DNA from: Haplodiscus bocki
Taxonomy: Eukaryota
Direction of reading: 5' to 3'
NCBI GenBank assembly: GCA_965655095.1
Contig: OZ296659.1
Span: 7,130,001-7,194,000 of the forward strand
DNA length: 64,000 nucleotides
Positions within the stretch are counted from its first letter, which is position 1, and each line of letters begins with the position of its first letter. The position numbers and the translations under genes are program-made. The notes beneath the pieces were generated by a model. The model was not told where the DNA came from and ran no database searches. It saw only the letters and a list, made by a program, of their open reading frames with translations. Positions 28,501-43,500 of this stretch are shown here, in pieces.

Positions 28501-31500
28501 GTGTAAAAAAGCCACTTCGATAGCTGTTATAAAAACTAGTTGATTTTTCAAATTGTTTTACAGGAAAACCAGCCAATTTTCAAACATTTTTCCAAAGACC
28601 CCGCCAACAACATTTTCAAGTGAAGGATAAAAAGCACAAATTTTCTCCGGTTTCTGGTTAGAACATGACAAATCCAACGTTTACTGTAAAGCCACACTAA
28701 CACTTTGCAAAATACTTTCGACTCATGTCCAGGATTTTCAAAACTAGACGTTGTTGAATTCAAATATCTTCTAGTTTCGCATTCTCACAGGTTGAACCAA
28801 CGTCCTACCCTAAAATTTCTCGAGCAATACAAAACTGCAAATGCAATTCTTGGACATGGACAATTTAAATTTTTCTAAATCAAAGCTGAATAAGCGTCAG
28901 TTTGTTGGTTCCATTAAAAAATTGTTTGAATTATTCCATTACAGATCGAGTTTGAAGTTCACGCTTTTGACTTTCGCATCTTGCGTCAGTGCCAAATCCC
29001 TTTAAAAACTGACAACCTCTTGTGCTCGGAAGGCCACAAAAGCTCTTTTTTTTCTACTGGGGAACAGATTTTTTAAAAATGCCAGAAAAAGCGCGCGTCT
29101 AGGTTCAGAGTTATCAACGTCTTCGAAACATTTACTGTCTTCTTGAATCGAGAAAACTCGAATGACTGAAAAACTTTTAAAATTGTAGGACATTATTCGG
29201 AATGTTCAATTACTTTTTATTGCAAACACTACGCATTCCGGAGTCTGAGTATTGTCCCTGACCTCAACCTAAACTCGGACACCCTCGGATAGGTGAAAAA
29301 TGTTGAGAACGTGTTTCCACTTTTTCAAAAACTGACTTGAACAGCTCACACGATTCTTCTCGATTCTATCCGAATTTTTGGAAAAAGTCGAGCTCTGTTA
29401 GCAACCTGTTTTCTTCAGTTTCAAAGTTTGGAAAAACAAGGTTTTCTCTTTTGCTTAAGGCGAAGAGTAGCTTGAACTGCTCACCCTACCAATTTTTGTT
29501 CCGCAAACATGATACAAATCATGAGTCGCACCGATTCCAACAAAGTGATCTTTTGTGGATTTAAAGTCCATTTTTTTGACACAAAGTTCCAAATGTCGGA
29601 AAACTGCATAAACGTAAATTTTGAAAACTGATATGTGAGACCAATGGCCTAAATACAAGTCATGAAGGGAGTTTTGTTATGCAAGCTACTACTCGAAAAA
29701 CGTTTGGTAGTGTAGAACGCAACTTCAATAGCTCTTATCAAAACTGTTGGTTTTTTATATTGTTTCACAGGAAAAGTAGCCAAGTTTCAAACACTATTCC
29801 AATGACTCCCACCAATAACATTTTGAAGCGAAGGATAAAAAGCAAACTTTTTTCACCAGTTTTTGGTTAAAACAACACATATCCAAAGCTTACTCTAAAA
29901 CCACACTAACAACTTGAAAACTACTTTCGACTCATGTCCAGGAGTTTCAAAACTATACGTTGTTCCATTCAAACATCTTCTTGTAGTTTTGCATTCTCGC
30001 ATGGTGAACCAACGTCGTACTCTAAAGATTTTCGAGCAATACAAAATCGCAAGTGCATTTGTGGGACATGGACAACTTAAATTTTATTATTTCAAAAACT
30101 GATTAAGCGTCAGTTTGTTCCCTTAAAATAATGTTTGAAATATTTCGTTACAGAGCCAGTTTGAAGTTGAAGCTATTCTGTTTCGCATCTTGCGTCAATG
30201 CCCAAACCCATTAAAAACTGACGCCCTCCTGTGTTCAGAAGGCTACAATAGTTTTTTTTCTACTGGGGAACAGACTTTTTCTAAATGCCCGGAAACTCGC
30301 GCCTCCATTTTCAGAGTTATCAACGTGTTCGGTATGTTTTTTGTCTTCTTGACTCGAGAAAATTCGAACAACTGAAATGCTTTTAAACTTGTAAGACGAT
30401 ATTCGCAACGCGCAGTTGCTTTTGATGGCAAACACTACGCATTCTGGATTTCGATTATTGTCCCTCACTTAAACCAAAACTCGGAGACTCCTGGAAAGGT
30501 GAAAAATGTTGAGAACGTGTTTCCATTTTTTCAACAGTTGACTTGAACAGCTCGCACAATTCTTCTTGATTCTATCTGAAATTTCGAAGAAATTCGAGCA
30601 CTGGTAGCAACCTATTTTTTTCAGTTTCATGGTTTGGAAACCCAAATTTTTTTTCTTTGTTTAAGGCGATGAGTAGCTTCAACTGCTCATCCTACCAATT
30701 ACTGTTCCACAAAAACGGTAGGAATCATGAGTGGCACCACTTCCAACAAAGTGATCTTTTGTGGTTTTAAAGTCCAATTTTTTGCACGAAATTCCAAATG
30801 TCGGAAAACTGCAAAAACTGAAAGTTTGAAAACTGTTATGTGAGACCAATGGCCGAAATATATGTCATGAAGCGAGTTTTCTTATGCAAGCTACTACTCG
30901 AAAAACGTTTGGTAGTGTAGAACGCAACTTCAATAGCTCTTATCAAAACTAGTTGGTTTCTTTAAATGTTTCACAGGAAAACTAGCCAAGTTTCAAACAT
31001 TATTCCAGCGACTCCGGTCAACAACATTGCGAAGCGAAGGATAAATGCAGACTTTTTTCTCCAACTTTTGCTTGAAACAAGACAAATCCCAAGCTTACTG
31101 TAAAACCACTTTAACAACTTGCAAACTATTTTCGACTCAGGTCCGGGAATTTAAAAAACTAGACGTTATTCCATTCGAATATCTTCTTGTAGTTTTGCCT
31201 TCTCGCAGGCTCAACCAACGTCCTACTCTAAAGATTCCGAGGAATACAAATTCGCAAATGCATTTCTTAGACATGGACAACTTAATTTTTTTTATATCAA
31301 AAGCTGATTAAACGTCAGTTTGTTCCCTTAAAAGAGTGTTTGAAACATTCCATTACAAAGCCAGTTTGAAATTCAAGCTTTTCTTTTTTGCATCTTGCGC
31401 CGTTGCCCAAACCCATTAAACACCAACGCCCCCTCTGTGCTCGGAAGGCTACAATAGCTCTTTTTTTCTACTGGGGAACAGATTTCTTCTAATTGCCCGG

Positions 31501-34500
31501 AAACGCGCGCCTCTAGTTTCAGAGTTACCAACTTCTTCCAAACGTGTATTGTCTTCTTGACTTGAGAAAACTCGAATAACTGAAATGCTTCTAAAATTGT
31601 AGGACGATATTTGGAACGTTCAACTGGTGTCATCGCAACCACTTCACAATCTGGAGTCTGAGTATTCCCCTGACGTCATCTAACTTCGGAGACTATTGGA
31701 TAGGTGAAAATGTTGAGAACGTGTTTCCATTTTTTCAACAGTTGACTTGAACAGCTCACACAATTCTTCTCGATTCTATCCGAAATTTCGGAAAAATTCG
31801 AGCTCTGGTAGCAACCTATTTTTTCGGTTTCAAAATTTGGAATTCCGAGATTTTTCTTTTGCTTAGGCGATGAGTAGCTTGAACTGCTCATCCTACCAAT
31901 TACTGTTCCGCAAAAATGGTAAAAATCATGAGTGGCACCGCTTTCTATAGAGCGATCTTTTGTGAACTTAAAGTCCAACTTTTTGACACAAACTTCCAAA
32001 TCCCGGAGACTGCATAAACCGAAATTTTGGATTCTGATATGTGAGACCAATGGCCGAAATTTAGGTCATGAAAGAAATTTTGTTATGGGAGATACTACTC
32101 GAAAAACGTTTGGTAGTGTAAAAAAGCCACTTCGATAGCTGTTATAAAAACTAGTTGATTTTTCAAATTGTTTTACAGGAAAACCAGCCAATTTTCAAAC
32201 ATTTTTCCAAAGACCCCGCCAACAACATTTTCAAGTGAAGGATAAAAAGCACAAATTTTCTCCGGTTTCTGGTTAGAACATGACAAATCCAACGTTTACT
32301 GTAAAGCCACACTAACACTTTGCAAAATACTTTCGACTCATGTCCAGGATTTTCAAAACTAGACGTTGTTGAATTCAAATATCTTCTAGTTTCGCATTCT
32401 CACAGGTTGAACCAACGTCCTACCCTAAAATTTCTCGAGCAATACAAAACTGCAAATGCAATTCTTGGACATGGACAATTTAAATTTTTCTAAATCAAAG
32501 CTGAATAAGCGTCAGTTTGTTGGTTCCATTAAAAAATTGTTTGAATTATTCCATTACAGATCGAGTTTGAAGTTCACGCTTTTCAGTTTCGCATCTTGCG
32601 TCAGTGCCAAATCCCTTTAAAAACTGACAACCTCTTGTGCTCGGAAGGCTACAAAAGCTCTTTTTTTCTACTGGGGAACAGATTTTTTAAAAATGCCAGA
32701 AAAAGCGCGCCTCTAGGTTCAGAGTTATCAACGTCTTCGAAACATTTACTGTCTTCTTGAATCGAGAAAACTCGAATGACTGAAAAACTTTTAAATTTGT
32801 AGGACATTATTCGGAATGTTCAATTACTTTTTATTGCAAACAATACGCATTCCGGAGTCTGAGTATTGTCCCTGACCTCAACCTAAACTCGGACACTCTC
32901 GGATAGGTGAAAAATGTTGAGAACGTGTTTCCACTTTTTCAAAAGCTGACTTGAACAGCTCACACGATTCTTCTCGATTCTATCCGATCTTTCGAAAAAA
33001 TTCGTGCTCTGGCAGCAACCTATTTTTTTCAGTTTCATGGTTTGGAAACCCCAAGTTTTTTCGTTTGCTTAAGGCGATGAGTAGCTTCAACTGCTCATCC
33101 TACCAACTACTGTTCCGCAAAAACGGTAGGAATTATGAGTGGCACCGCTTCCAACAAATTGATCTTTTGTGGACTTGAAGTCCAATTTTTTACACGAAAT
33201 TCCAAAGGTCGGAAAACTGCATAAACTGAAAATTTGAAAACTGTTATGTGAGATCAATGGCCGGAATATAAGTCATGAACGGAGTTTTGTTATGCAAGCT
33301 ACTACTCGAAAAACGATTGGTAGTGTAGAACGCAACTTCAGTAGCTCTTATCAAAACTAGTTGGTTTCCTAAAAAGTTCCACAGAAAAAATAGCCAAGTT
33401 TCAAACATTATTCCAACGACTCCCGCCAACAACATTTCGAAGCGAAGGATAAAAAGCAGACTTTTTTCCCCAGTTTTTGCTTGAAACAAGACAAATCCGA
33501 AGCTTACTGTAAAACCACACTAACACCTGGCAAACTACTTTCGACTCATGTCCAGGATTTTTTAAAAAACTAGACGTCGTTCCGTTCGAAAACTTTCTTC
33601 TAGTTTTGCCTTCTCGTAGGCCAAACCAACGTCCTACTCTAAACTTTCTCGAGCAATACAAAATCGCAAATGCAATTCTTGGACATGGGAAACCTAAATT
33701 TTTTTAATCGAAAGCTGAATAAGCGTCAGTTTGTTTGTTCCAATAAAAGAGTGTTTGAAAAATTTTGTTACAGTGCGATTTTGAAGTTCAGACATTTTCC
33801 TTTCGCATCTTTCCTCAGTGCCAAAACCCAACAAAAACTGACGCCCTCCTGTGCTCTGGAGACTAGAAAAGCTGTTTTTTACTTAAAAACAGATTTTTTC
33901 TAATTCACCGATAACAAGCCGCTCCAGTTTCAGAATTATCAACGTGTTCGGTATGTTTATTGTCTTCTTGACTCGAGGAAATTTGAACAACTGAAGTGAT
34001 TTTATAATTGTAGGTCGATTTTCGCAACTTGTGGTTGCTTTTGATGGCAACCACTACGCATTCTGGAGTTCGAGTATTCTCCCTGACGTCAACCTAAACT
34101 CGGACACTCTCGGATAGGTGAAAAATGTTGAGAACGTGTTTCCACTTTTTTAACAGCTGACTTGAACAGCTCACACGATTCTTCTCGATTCTATCCGAAT
34201 TTTCGAAAAAGTTCGTGCTCTGGTAGCAACCTAATATTTTCAGTTTCATGGTTTGGAAACCCGAAGTTTTTTCCTTTGCTTAAGGCGATGAGTAGCTTCA
34301 ACTGCTCATCCTACCAATTACTGTTCCACAAAAACAGTAGAAAACATGAGTGGCACCGCTTCTAACAAAGTGATCTTTTGTGGACCTTCAGTCCAATTTT
34401 TTACACGAAATTCCAAACGTCGGAAACTGCATAAACTGAAAAATTGAAAACTGTTATGTGAGATCAATGGCCGAAAAATAAGTCATGAACGGAGTTTTGT

Positions 34501-37500
34501 TATGCAAGCTACTACTCGAAAAACGATTGGTAGTGTAGAACGCAACTTCAGTAGCTCTTATCAAAACTAGTTGGTTTCTTAAAAAGTTCCACAGGAAAAC
34601 TAGCCAAGTTTCAAACATTATTCCAACGACTCCCGCCAACAACATTTCGAAGCGAAGGATAAAAAGCAGACTTTTTTCCCCAGTTTTTGCTTGAAACAAG
34701 ACAAATCCGAAGCTTACTGTAAAACCACACTAACACCTGGCAAACTACTTTCGACTCATGTCCAGGATTTTAAAAAACTAGATGTCATTCCGTTCGCATA
34801 TCTTCTTCTAGTTTTGCCTTCTCGCAGGCCAAACCAACGTCCTACTCTAAACTTTCTCGAGCAACACAAAATCTCAAATGCATTTCTTGGACATGAAAAA
34901 CCTAAATTTTATTAATCGAAATCTGAATAAGCGTCACTTTGTTTGTTCCAATAAAAGAGCGTTTGAAAAATTTCGTTACAGAGCGATTTTGGAGTTCAGA
35001 CATTTTCCTTTCGCATCTTTCCTCAGTACCGAAACTAATGAAAAACTGACGCCATCTTGTGGTCGTGAGGCTAGAAAAGCTTTTTTTTACTTAAAAACAG
35101 ATTTTTTCTACTTCACCGGAAACAAGCCGCTTCAGTTTCAGAGTTATCAACGTGTTCGGTATGTTCTTTGTCTTCTTGACTCGAGGAAATTTGAACAACT
35201 GAAGTGATTTTATAATTTTAGGACGATTTTCGCAACGTGCAGTTCCTTTTGATGGCAACCACTACGCATTCTGGATTTCGATTATTGTCCCTCACTTCAT
35301 CCAAAACTCGGAGACTCTTGGAAAGGAGAAAAATGTTGAGAACGTGTTTCCATTTTTTCAACAGTTGGCTGGAACAGCTCACACAATTCTTTTTGATTCT
35401 ATCCGAAATTTCGAAGAAATTCGAGCTCTGGTAGCAACCTATTTTTTTCAGTTTCATGGTTTGGATACCCGAAGTTTTTTCCTTTGCTTAAGGCGATGAG
35501 TAGCTTCAACTGCTCATCCTACCAATTACTGTTCCACAAAAACGGTAGGAATCATGAGTGGCACCGCTTCCAACAAAGTGATCTTTTGTGGACCTTAAGT
35601 CCAATTTTCTACACGAAATTCCGAACGTCGGAAACTGCATAAACTGAAAATTTGAAAACTGTTATGTGAGACCAATGGCCGAAATATAAGTCATGGAGGG
35701 AATTTTGTTATGCAAGTTACTACTCGAAAAACAGTTGGTAGTGTAAAGCGCAACATCAATAGCTCTTATCAAAACTGGTTGGTTTTTTTGTATTATTTCT
35801 CATGGAAACTAGCCAAGTTTCAAACATTATTCCAACGACTCCCGCCAACAACAGCTTGAAGCGAAGGACAAAAAGCAGACTTTTTTCCCCATTTTTTGCT
35901 TGAAACAAGACAAATCCGAAGCTTACTGTAAAACCACACTAACAACTTGCAAACTATTTTCGACTCAGGTCCGGGAATTTAAAAAACTAGACGTTGTTCC
36001 ATTCGCATATCTTCTTATAGTTTTGCCTTCTCGCAGGCTCAACCAACGTCCTACTCTAAAGCTTCTCGAGCAATACAAACCTGCAAATGCATTTCTAGGA
36101 TATGGAAAACCTAAATTTTTTTAATCGAAAGCTGAATAAGCGTCAGTTTGTTTGTTGCAATAAAAGAGTGTTTGAAAAATTTCGTTACAGAGCGATTTTG
36201 AAGTTCAGAGACTTTTTGCTTTCGCATCTTTCCTCAGTGCCGAAACTAATGAAAAATTGACGCCACCTTGTGGTCGTGAGGCTAGAAAAGCTTTTTTTAC
36301 TTAAAAACAGATTTTTTCTAATTCACCGGAAACAAGCCGCTCCAGTTTCAGAGTTATCAACGTGTTCGGTATGTTTATTGTCTTCTTGACTCGAGGAAAT
36401 TTGAACAACTGAAATGGTTTTATAATTGTAGTACGATTTTCGCAACGTGCAGTTGCTTTTGATGGCAACCACTACCCATTCTGGAATTCGAGTATTCTCC
36501 CTGACGTCAACCTAAACTCGGACACTCTCGGATAGGTGAAAAATGTTGAGAACGTGTTTCCCCTTTTTCAACAGCTGACTTGAACAGCTCACACGATTCT
36601 TCTCGATTCTATCCGAATTTTCGAAAAAACTCGAGCTCTGGTAGCAACCTATTTTTTTCAGTTTCATGGTTTGGATACCCGAAGTTTTTTCCTTTGCTTA
36701 AGGCGATGAGTAGCTTCAACTGCTCATCCTACCAGCTACTGTTCCGCAAAAACGGTAGGAATCATGAGTGGCACTGCTTCCAACAAAGTGATCTTTTGTG
36801 GACCTTAAGTCCAATTTTTTACACGAAATTCCAAACGTCGGAAACTGCATCAACTTAAAATTTGAAAACTGTTAAGTGAGATCAATGGCCGAAATATAAG
36901 TCATGAACGGAGTTTTGTTATGCAAGCTGCTACTCGAAAAACGATTGGTAGTGTAGAACGCAAATTCAGTAGATCTAATCAAAACTAGTTGGTTTCTTAA
37001 AATGTTCCACAGAAAAACTAGCCAAGTTTCAAACATTATTCCAACGACTCCCGCCAACAACATTTTGAAGCGAAGGATAAAAAACAGACTTTTTTCCCAA
37101 GTTTTTGCTTGAAACAAGACAAATCCAAAGCTTACTGTAAAACCACTTTAACACTTGGCAAACTACTTTCGACTCTTGTCCAGGATTTTAAAAAACTAGA
37201 CGTCGTTCCGTTCGAAAACTTTCTTCTAGTTTTGCCTTCTCGCAGGCCAAACCAACGTCCTACTCTAAACTTTCTCGAGCAATACAAAATCGCAAATGCA
37301 TTTCTTGGACATGGAAAACCTAAGTTTTTTTAATCGAAAGCTGAATAAGCGTCAGTTTGTTTGTTCCAATAAAAGAGTGTTTGAAAAATTTCGTTACAGA
37401 GCGATTTTGAACTTCAGACATATTCCTTTCGCATTTTTCCTCAGTGCCTAAACTAATGAAAAACTGACGCCATCTTGTGCTCGTGAGGCTAGAAAAGCTT

Positions 37501-40500
37501 TTTTTTAAAAAAACAGATTTTTTCTACTTCACGGGAAACAAGCCGCTCCAGCTTCAGAGTTATCAACGTGTTCGGTATGTTTATTGTCTTCTTGACTCGA
37601 CGAACTTTGAACAACTGAAGTGGTTTTATAATTGTAGGACGATTGTCGCAACGTGCAGTTGCTTTTGGTGGCAACCACTACGCATTCTGGAGTTCGAGTA
37701 TTCTCCCCGACGTCAACCTAAACTCGGACACTCTCGGATAGGTGAAAAATGTTGAGAACGTGTTTCCACTTTTTCAACAGCTGACTTGAACAGCTCACAC
37801 GATTTTTCCCGATTCTATCCTAATTTTCGAAAATATTCGTGCTCTGGTAGCAACCTATTTTTTTCAGTTTCATGGTTTGGATACCCGAAGTTTTTTCCTT
37901 TGCTTAAGGCGATGAGTAGCTTCAACTGCTCATCCTACCAACTACTGTTCCGCAAAAACGGTAGGAATCATGAGTGGCACTGCTTCCAACAAAGTGATCT
38001 TTTGTGGACCTTAAGTTCAATTTTTTACACGAAATTCCAAACGTCGGAAACTGCATAAACTGAAAATTTGAAAACTGTTATGTGAGATCAATGGCCGAAA
38101 AATAAGTCATGAACGGAGTTTTGTTATGCAAGCTACTACTCGAAAAACGATTGGTAGAGTAGAACGCAAATTCAGTAGCTCTAATCAAAAAGATTTGGTT
38201 TCTTAAAATGTTCCACAGAAAAACTAGCCAAGTTTCAAACATTATTCCAACGACTCCCGCCAACAACATTTCGAAGCGAAGGATAAAAAGCAGACAATTT
38301 TCTCCAGTTTTTCCTTGAAACAAGACAAATCCGAAGCTTACTGTAAAACCACACTAACACCTGGCAAACTACTTTCGACTCATGTCCAGGATTTTAAAAA
38401 ACTAGACGTCAATCCGTTGGAAAACTTTCTTCTAGTTTTGCCTTCTCGCAGGCCAAACCAACGTCCTACTCTAAACTTTCTCGAGCAATACAAAATCGCA
38501 AATGCATTTCTTGGACATGGAAAACCTAAGTTTTTTTAATCGAAAGCTGAATAAGCGTCAGTTTGTTTGTTCCAATAAAAGAGTGTTTGAAAAATTTCGT
38601 TACAGAGCGATTTTGAATTTCAGATATTTTCTTTTCGCATCTTTCCTCAGTGCCGAAACTAATGAAAAACTGACGCCATCTTGTGCTCGTTAGGCTAGAA
38701 AAGCTTTTTTTACTTAAAAACAAATTTTTTCTATTTCACGGGAAACAAGCCGCTCCAGCTTCAGAGTTATCAACGTGTTCGGTATGTTTATTGTCTTCTT
38801 GACTCGAGCAAGTTTGAACAACTGAAGTGGTTTTATAATTGTAGGACGATTTTCGCAACGTGCAGTTGCTTTTGATGGCAACCACTACGCATTCTGGATT
38901 TCGATTATTGTCCCTCACTTCAACCAAAGCTCGGAGACTCTTGGAAAGGTGAAAAATGTCGAGAACGTGTTTCCAATTTTTCAACAGTTGCCCGGAACAG
39001 CTCACACAATTCTTTTCGATTCTATCCGAAATTTCGAAGAAATTCGAGCTCTGGTAGCAACCTATTTTTTTCAGTTTCATGGTTTGGATACCCGAAGTTT
39101 TTTCCTTTGCCTAAGGCGATGAGTAGCTTCAACTGCCCATCCTACCAACTACTGTTCCGCATAAACGGTAGGAATCATGAGTGGCACTGCTTCCAACAAA
39201 GTGATCTTTTGTGGACCTTAAGTCCAATTTTTTACACGAAATTCCAAACGTCGGAAACTGCATCAACTGAAAATTTGAAAACTGTTATGTGAGATCAATG
39301 GCCGAAATATAAGTCATGAACGGAGTTTTGTTATGCAAGCTACTACTCGAAAAACGATTGGTAGTGTAGAACGCAACTTCAGTAGCTCTTATCAAAACTA
39401 GTTGGTTTCTTAAAAAGTTCCACAGAAAAACTAGCCAAGTTTCAAACATTATTCCAAGGACTCCCGCCAACAACATTTCGAAGCGAAGGATAAAAAGCAG
39501 ACTTTTTTCCCTGGTTTTTGCTTGAAACAAGACAAATTCGAAGCTTACTGTAAAACCACACTAACACTTGGCAAACTACTTTCGACTCTTGTCCAGGATT
39601 TTAAAAAACTAGACGTCGTTCCGTTCGAAAACTTTCTTCTAGTTTTGCCTTCTCGCAGGCCAAACCAACGTCCTACTCTAAACTTTCTCGAGCAATACAA
39701 AATCGCAAATGCATTTCTTGGACATGGAAAACCTAAGTTTTTATAATCGAAAGCTGAATAAGCGTCAGTTTGTTTGTTCTAATAAAAGAGTGTTTGAAAA
39801 ATTTCGTTACAGAGCGATTTTGAACTTCAGACATTTTCCTTTCGCATCATTCCTCAGTGCCTAAACTAATGAAAAACTGACGCCACCTTGTGGTCGTGAG
39901 GCTAGAAAAGCTTTTTTTACTTAAAAACAGATTTTTTCTACTTCACCGGAAACAAGCCGCTCCAGTTTCAGAGTTATCAACGTGTTCGGTATGTTTATTG
40001 TCTTCTTGACTCGAGGAAATTTGAACAACTGAAATGGTTTTATAATTGTAGTACGATTTTCGCAACGTGCAGTTGCTTTTGATGGCAACCACTACCCATT
40101 CTGGAGTTCGAGTATTCTCCCTGACGTCAACCTAAACTCGGACACTCTCGGATAGGTGAAAAATGTTGAGAACGTGTTTCCACTTTTTCAACAGCTGACT
40201 TGAACAGCTCAAACGATTCTTCTCGATTCTATCCGAATTTTCGAAAAAATTCGAGCTCTGGTAGCAACCTATTTTTTTCAGTTTCATGGTTTGGATACCC
40301 GAAGTTTTTTCCTTTGCTTAAGGCGATGAGTAGCTTCAACTGCTCATCCTACCAACTACTGTTCCCCAAAAACCGTAGGAATCATGAGTGGCACTGCTTC
40401 CAACAAAGTGATCTTTTGGGGACCTTAAGTCCAATTTTTTACACGAAATTCCAAACGTCGGAAACTGCATCAACTGAAAATTTGAAAACTGTTATGTGAG

Positions 40501-43500
40501 ATGAATGGCCGAAATATAAGTCATGAACGGAGTTTTTTTATGCAAGCTACTACTCGAAAAACGATTGGTAGTGTAGAACGCAACTTCAGTAGCTCTTATC
40601 AAAACTAGTTGGTTTCTTGAAAAGTTCCACAGAAAAACTAGCCAAGTTTCAAACATTATTCCAACGACTCCCGCCAACAACATTTCGAAGCGAAAGATAA
40701 AAAGCAGACTTTTTTCCCCAGTTTTTGCTTGAAACAAGACAAATCCGAAGCTTACTGTAAAACCACACTAACACCTGGCAAACTACTTTTGACTCATGTC
40801 CAGGATTTTAAAAAACTAGACGTCATTCCGTTGGAAAACTTTCTTCTAGTTTTGCCTTCTGGCAGGCCAAACCAACGTCCTACTCTAAACTTTCTCGAGC
40901 AATACAAAATCGCAAATGCATTTCTTGGACATGAAAAACCTAAATTCTATTAATCGAAATCTGAATAAGCGTCACTTTGTTTGTTCCAATAAAAGAGTGT
41001 TTGAAACATTTCATAACAGAGCGAGTTTGAAGTTCAGGCATTTTTTTTCGCACCTGGCCTCAGTGCCAAAACCCAATAAATACTGATGCCCTCCTGTGCT
41101 CAGGAAGCTAGAAAAGTTTTTTTTACTGAAGAACAGGTTTTTCTAATTCACCGGAAACAAGCGCCTTTAGTTTTAGAGTTATCAACGTGTTCGGTATGTT
41201 TATTGTCTTCTTGACTCGAGAAAATTCGAACAACTGAAATGCTTTTTAAAATGTAAGACGATATTCGCAACGTTCAAATGATTTCATGGCAACCGCTACG
41301 CATTCTGGAGTCTGAGTATTGTCCCTGACGTCAACCTAAACTCGGAGACTCTTGGATAGGTGAAAAACGTTGAGAACGTGCTTCCACTTCTTCAACAGCT
41401 GACTTGAACAATGGACATGGACAATTTAATTTTTTTTATTCGAAAGCTGTATAAGCGTCAGTTTTTTCCATTAAAGTAATGTTTGAAACATTTCATTACA
41501 GAGCCAGTTTGAAATTCAAGCTTTTCTCTTTCGCATCCTGCGTCAGTGCCCAAACCCAATAAAAACTGACGCCCTCCTGTGCTTGGAAGCCTACAATAGT
41601 TTTTTTTCTCCTGGGAATGAGGTTTTTTTCTAATTTCCCGGAAACGCGCGCCTCCAGTTTCAGAGTTATCAACGTTTTTGGTGTGTTTACTATCTTCTTG
41701 ACTCGAGAAAAATCGAACACCTGAAATGCTTTTAAAATTGTAGGACGACATTCGCAACGTGCAGTTGCTTTTGATGGCAACCACTACACATTCTGGAGTC
41801 TGAGTATTGCCCCTGACGTCAACCTGTTTTTGGTTACCCTTGGATAGGTGAAAAATTTTGAGAACGTGCTTCCACTTCTTCAACAGCTGACTTGAACAGC
41901 TCACATGATTCTACTCGATTCTATCCAATTTCGAAAAACTCGGGCTCTGGTAGCAACCTATGCTTCATTTTCAAAGTTTGGATTGGAAACCTGAGGTTTT
42001 TTCCTCCACTTAGGCCAATGAGTAGCTTGAACTCCTCATCCTACCAGTTACTGTTCCGCAAAAAAGGTAGGAATCATGAGTGGCGCCGCTTCCAACAAAG
42101 TGATCTTTTGTGGACTTAAAGTCCATTTTTTGACACAAAGTTCCAAGTGTCGGAAAACTGCATAAACCAAAAAATTGAAAACTGATATGTGAAACCAAGT
42201 GCCTGAATTATAAATTATGAAGAGAATTTTGTTATGGAAGCAACTACTCGAAAAATGTTTGCTAGTGTAGAACTAAACTTCAATAGCTCTTATCAAAACT
42301 AGTTGGTGTTCTAAAATGTTTCACAGGAAAACTAGCCAAGTTTCAAACATTATTCCAACGACTGCTGCCAACACATTTTGAAGCGAAGCACAAAAAGCAG
42401 ACAATTTTCTCCACCATTTGGTTAAGACAAGACAAGCTTACTGTAAAACCACACTAACACTTAGCAAACTACTTTCGATTCATGTCCAGGATTTCAAAAA
42501 ACTAGACATCGTTCCGTTCAAAAAGTTGCTTCTAGTTTTGCCTTGTCGCAGGCCGAATCAACGTCCTACTCTAAAATTTCTCGAGCAATACAAACTCGCA
42601 AATGCTTTTCTTGGACATGGAAAACCTAAATTTTTTTAAATGAAAGCTGACGGAGCGTCAGTTTGTTTGTTCCATTAAAAGAGTGTTTGAAACATTTCGC
42701 TACAGAGCGAGTTTGAAGTTCAGACTTTTTTTTCGCATCTTGCCTCAGCGCCGAAACTAATGAACAACTGACGCCATCTTTTGTTCGTGAGGCTAAGAAA
42801 GCTTTTTTTTACTTGAAAACAGATTTTTTCTAATTCGCCGAAAACAAGCCGCTCCAGTTTCAGAGTTATCAACGTGTTCGGTATGTTTATTGTCTTCTTG
42901 ACTCGAGAAAATTCGAACAACTGAAATGCTTTTAAAGTTGTAGAATGATATTCGCAACGTGCATTTGCTTTTCATGGCACCCACTACGTTTTCTGGAGTT
43001 CGAGTATTCTCCCTGACGTCAACCTAAACTCGGATACTCTCGGATAGGTGAAAAATGTTGAGAACGTGTTTCCAATTTTTGAACAGCTAACTAGAACAGC
43101 TCACACGATTCTTCTCGATTCTACCCGAATTTTCGAAGAAATTTGAACTCTGGTACCAACCTATTTTTTTCAGTTTCATGGTTTGGAAACCCGAAGTGTT
43201 TTCCTTTGCTTAGGGCGATGAGAAGCTTCAGCTGCTCATCCTACCAATTACTGTTCCGCAAAAACGGAAGGAATCATGAGTGGCACCGCTTCCAACAAAG
43301 TGATTTTTTGTGGACCTAAAGTCCAATTTTTACACAAAATTCCAAATGTCGGAAAACTGCATGAATTTAAAAACTTGAAAACTGTTATGTGAGACCAATG
43401 GCCGAATTATAAGTCATGGAGGGAATTTTGTTATGCAAGTTACTACTCGAAAAACAGTTGGTAGTGTAAAGCGCAACATCAATAGCTCTTATCAAAACTA

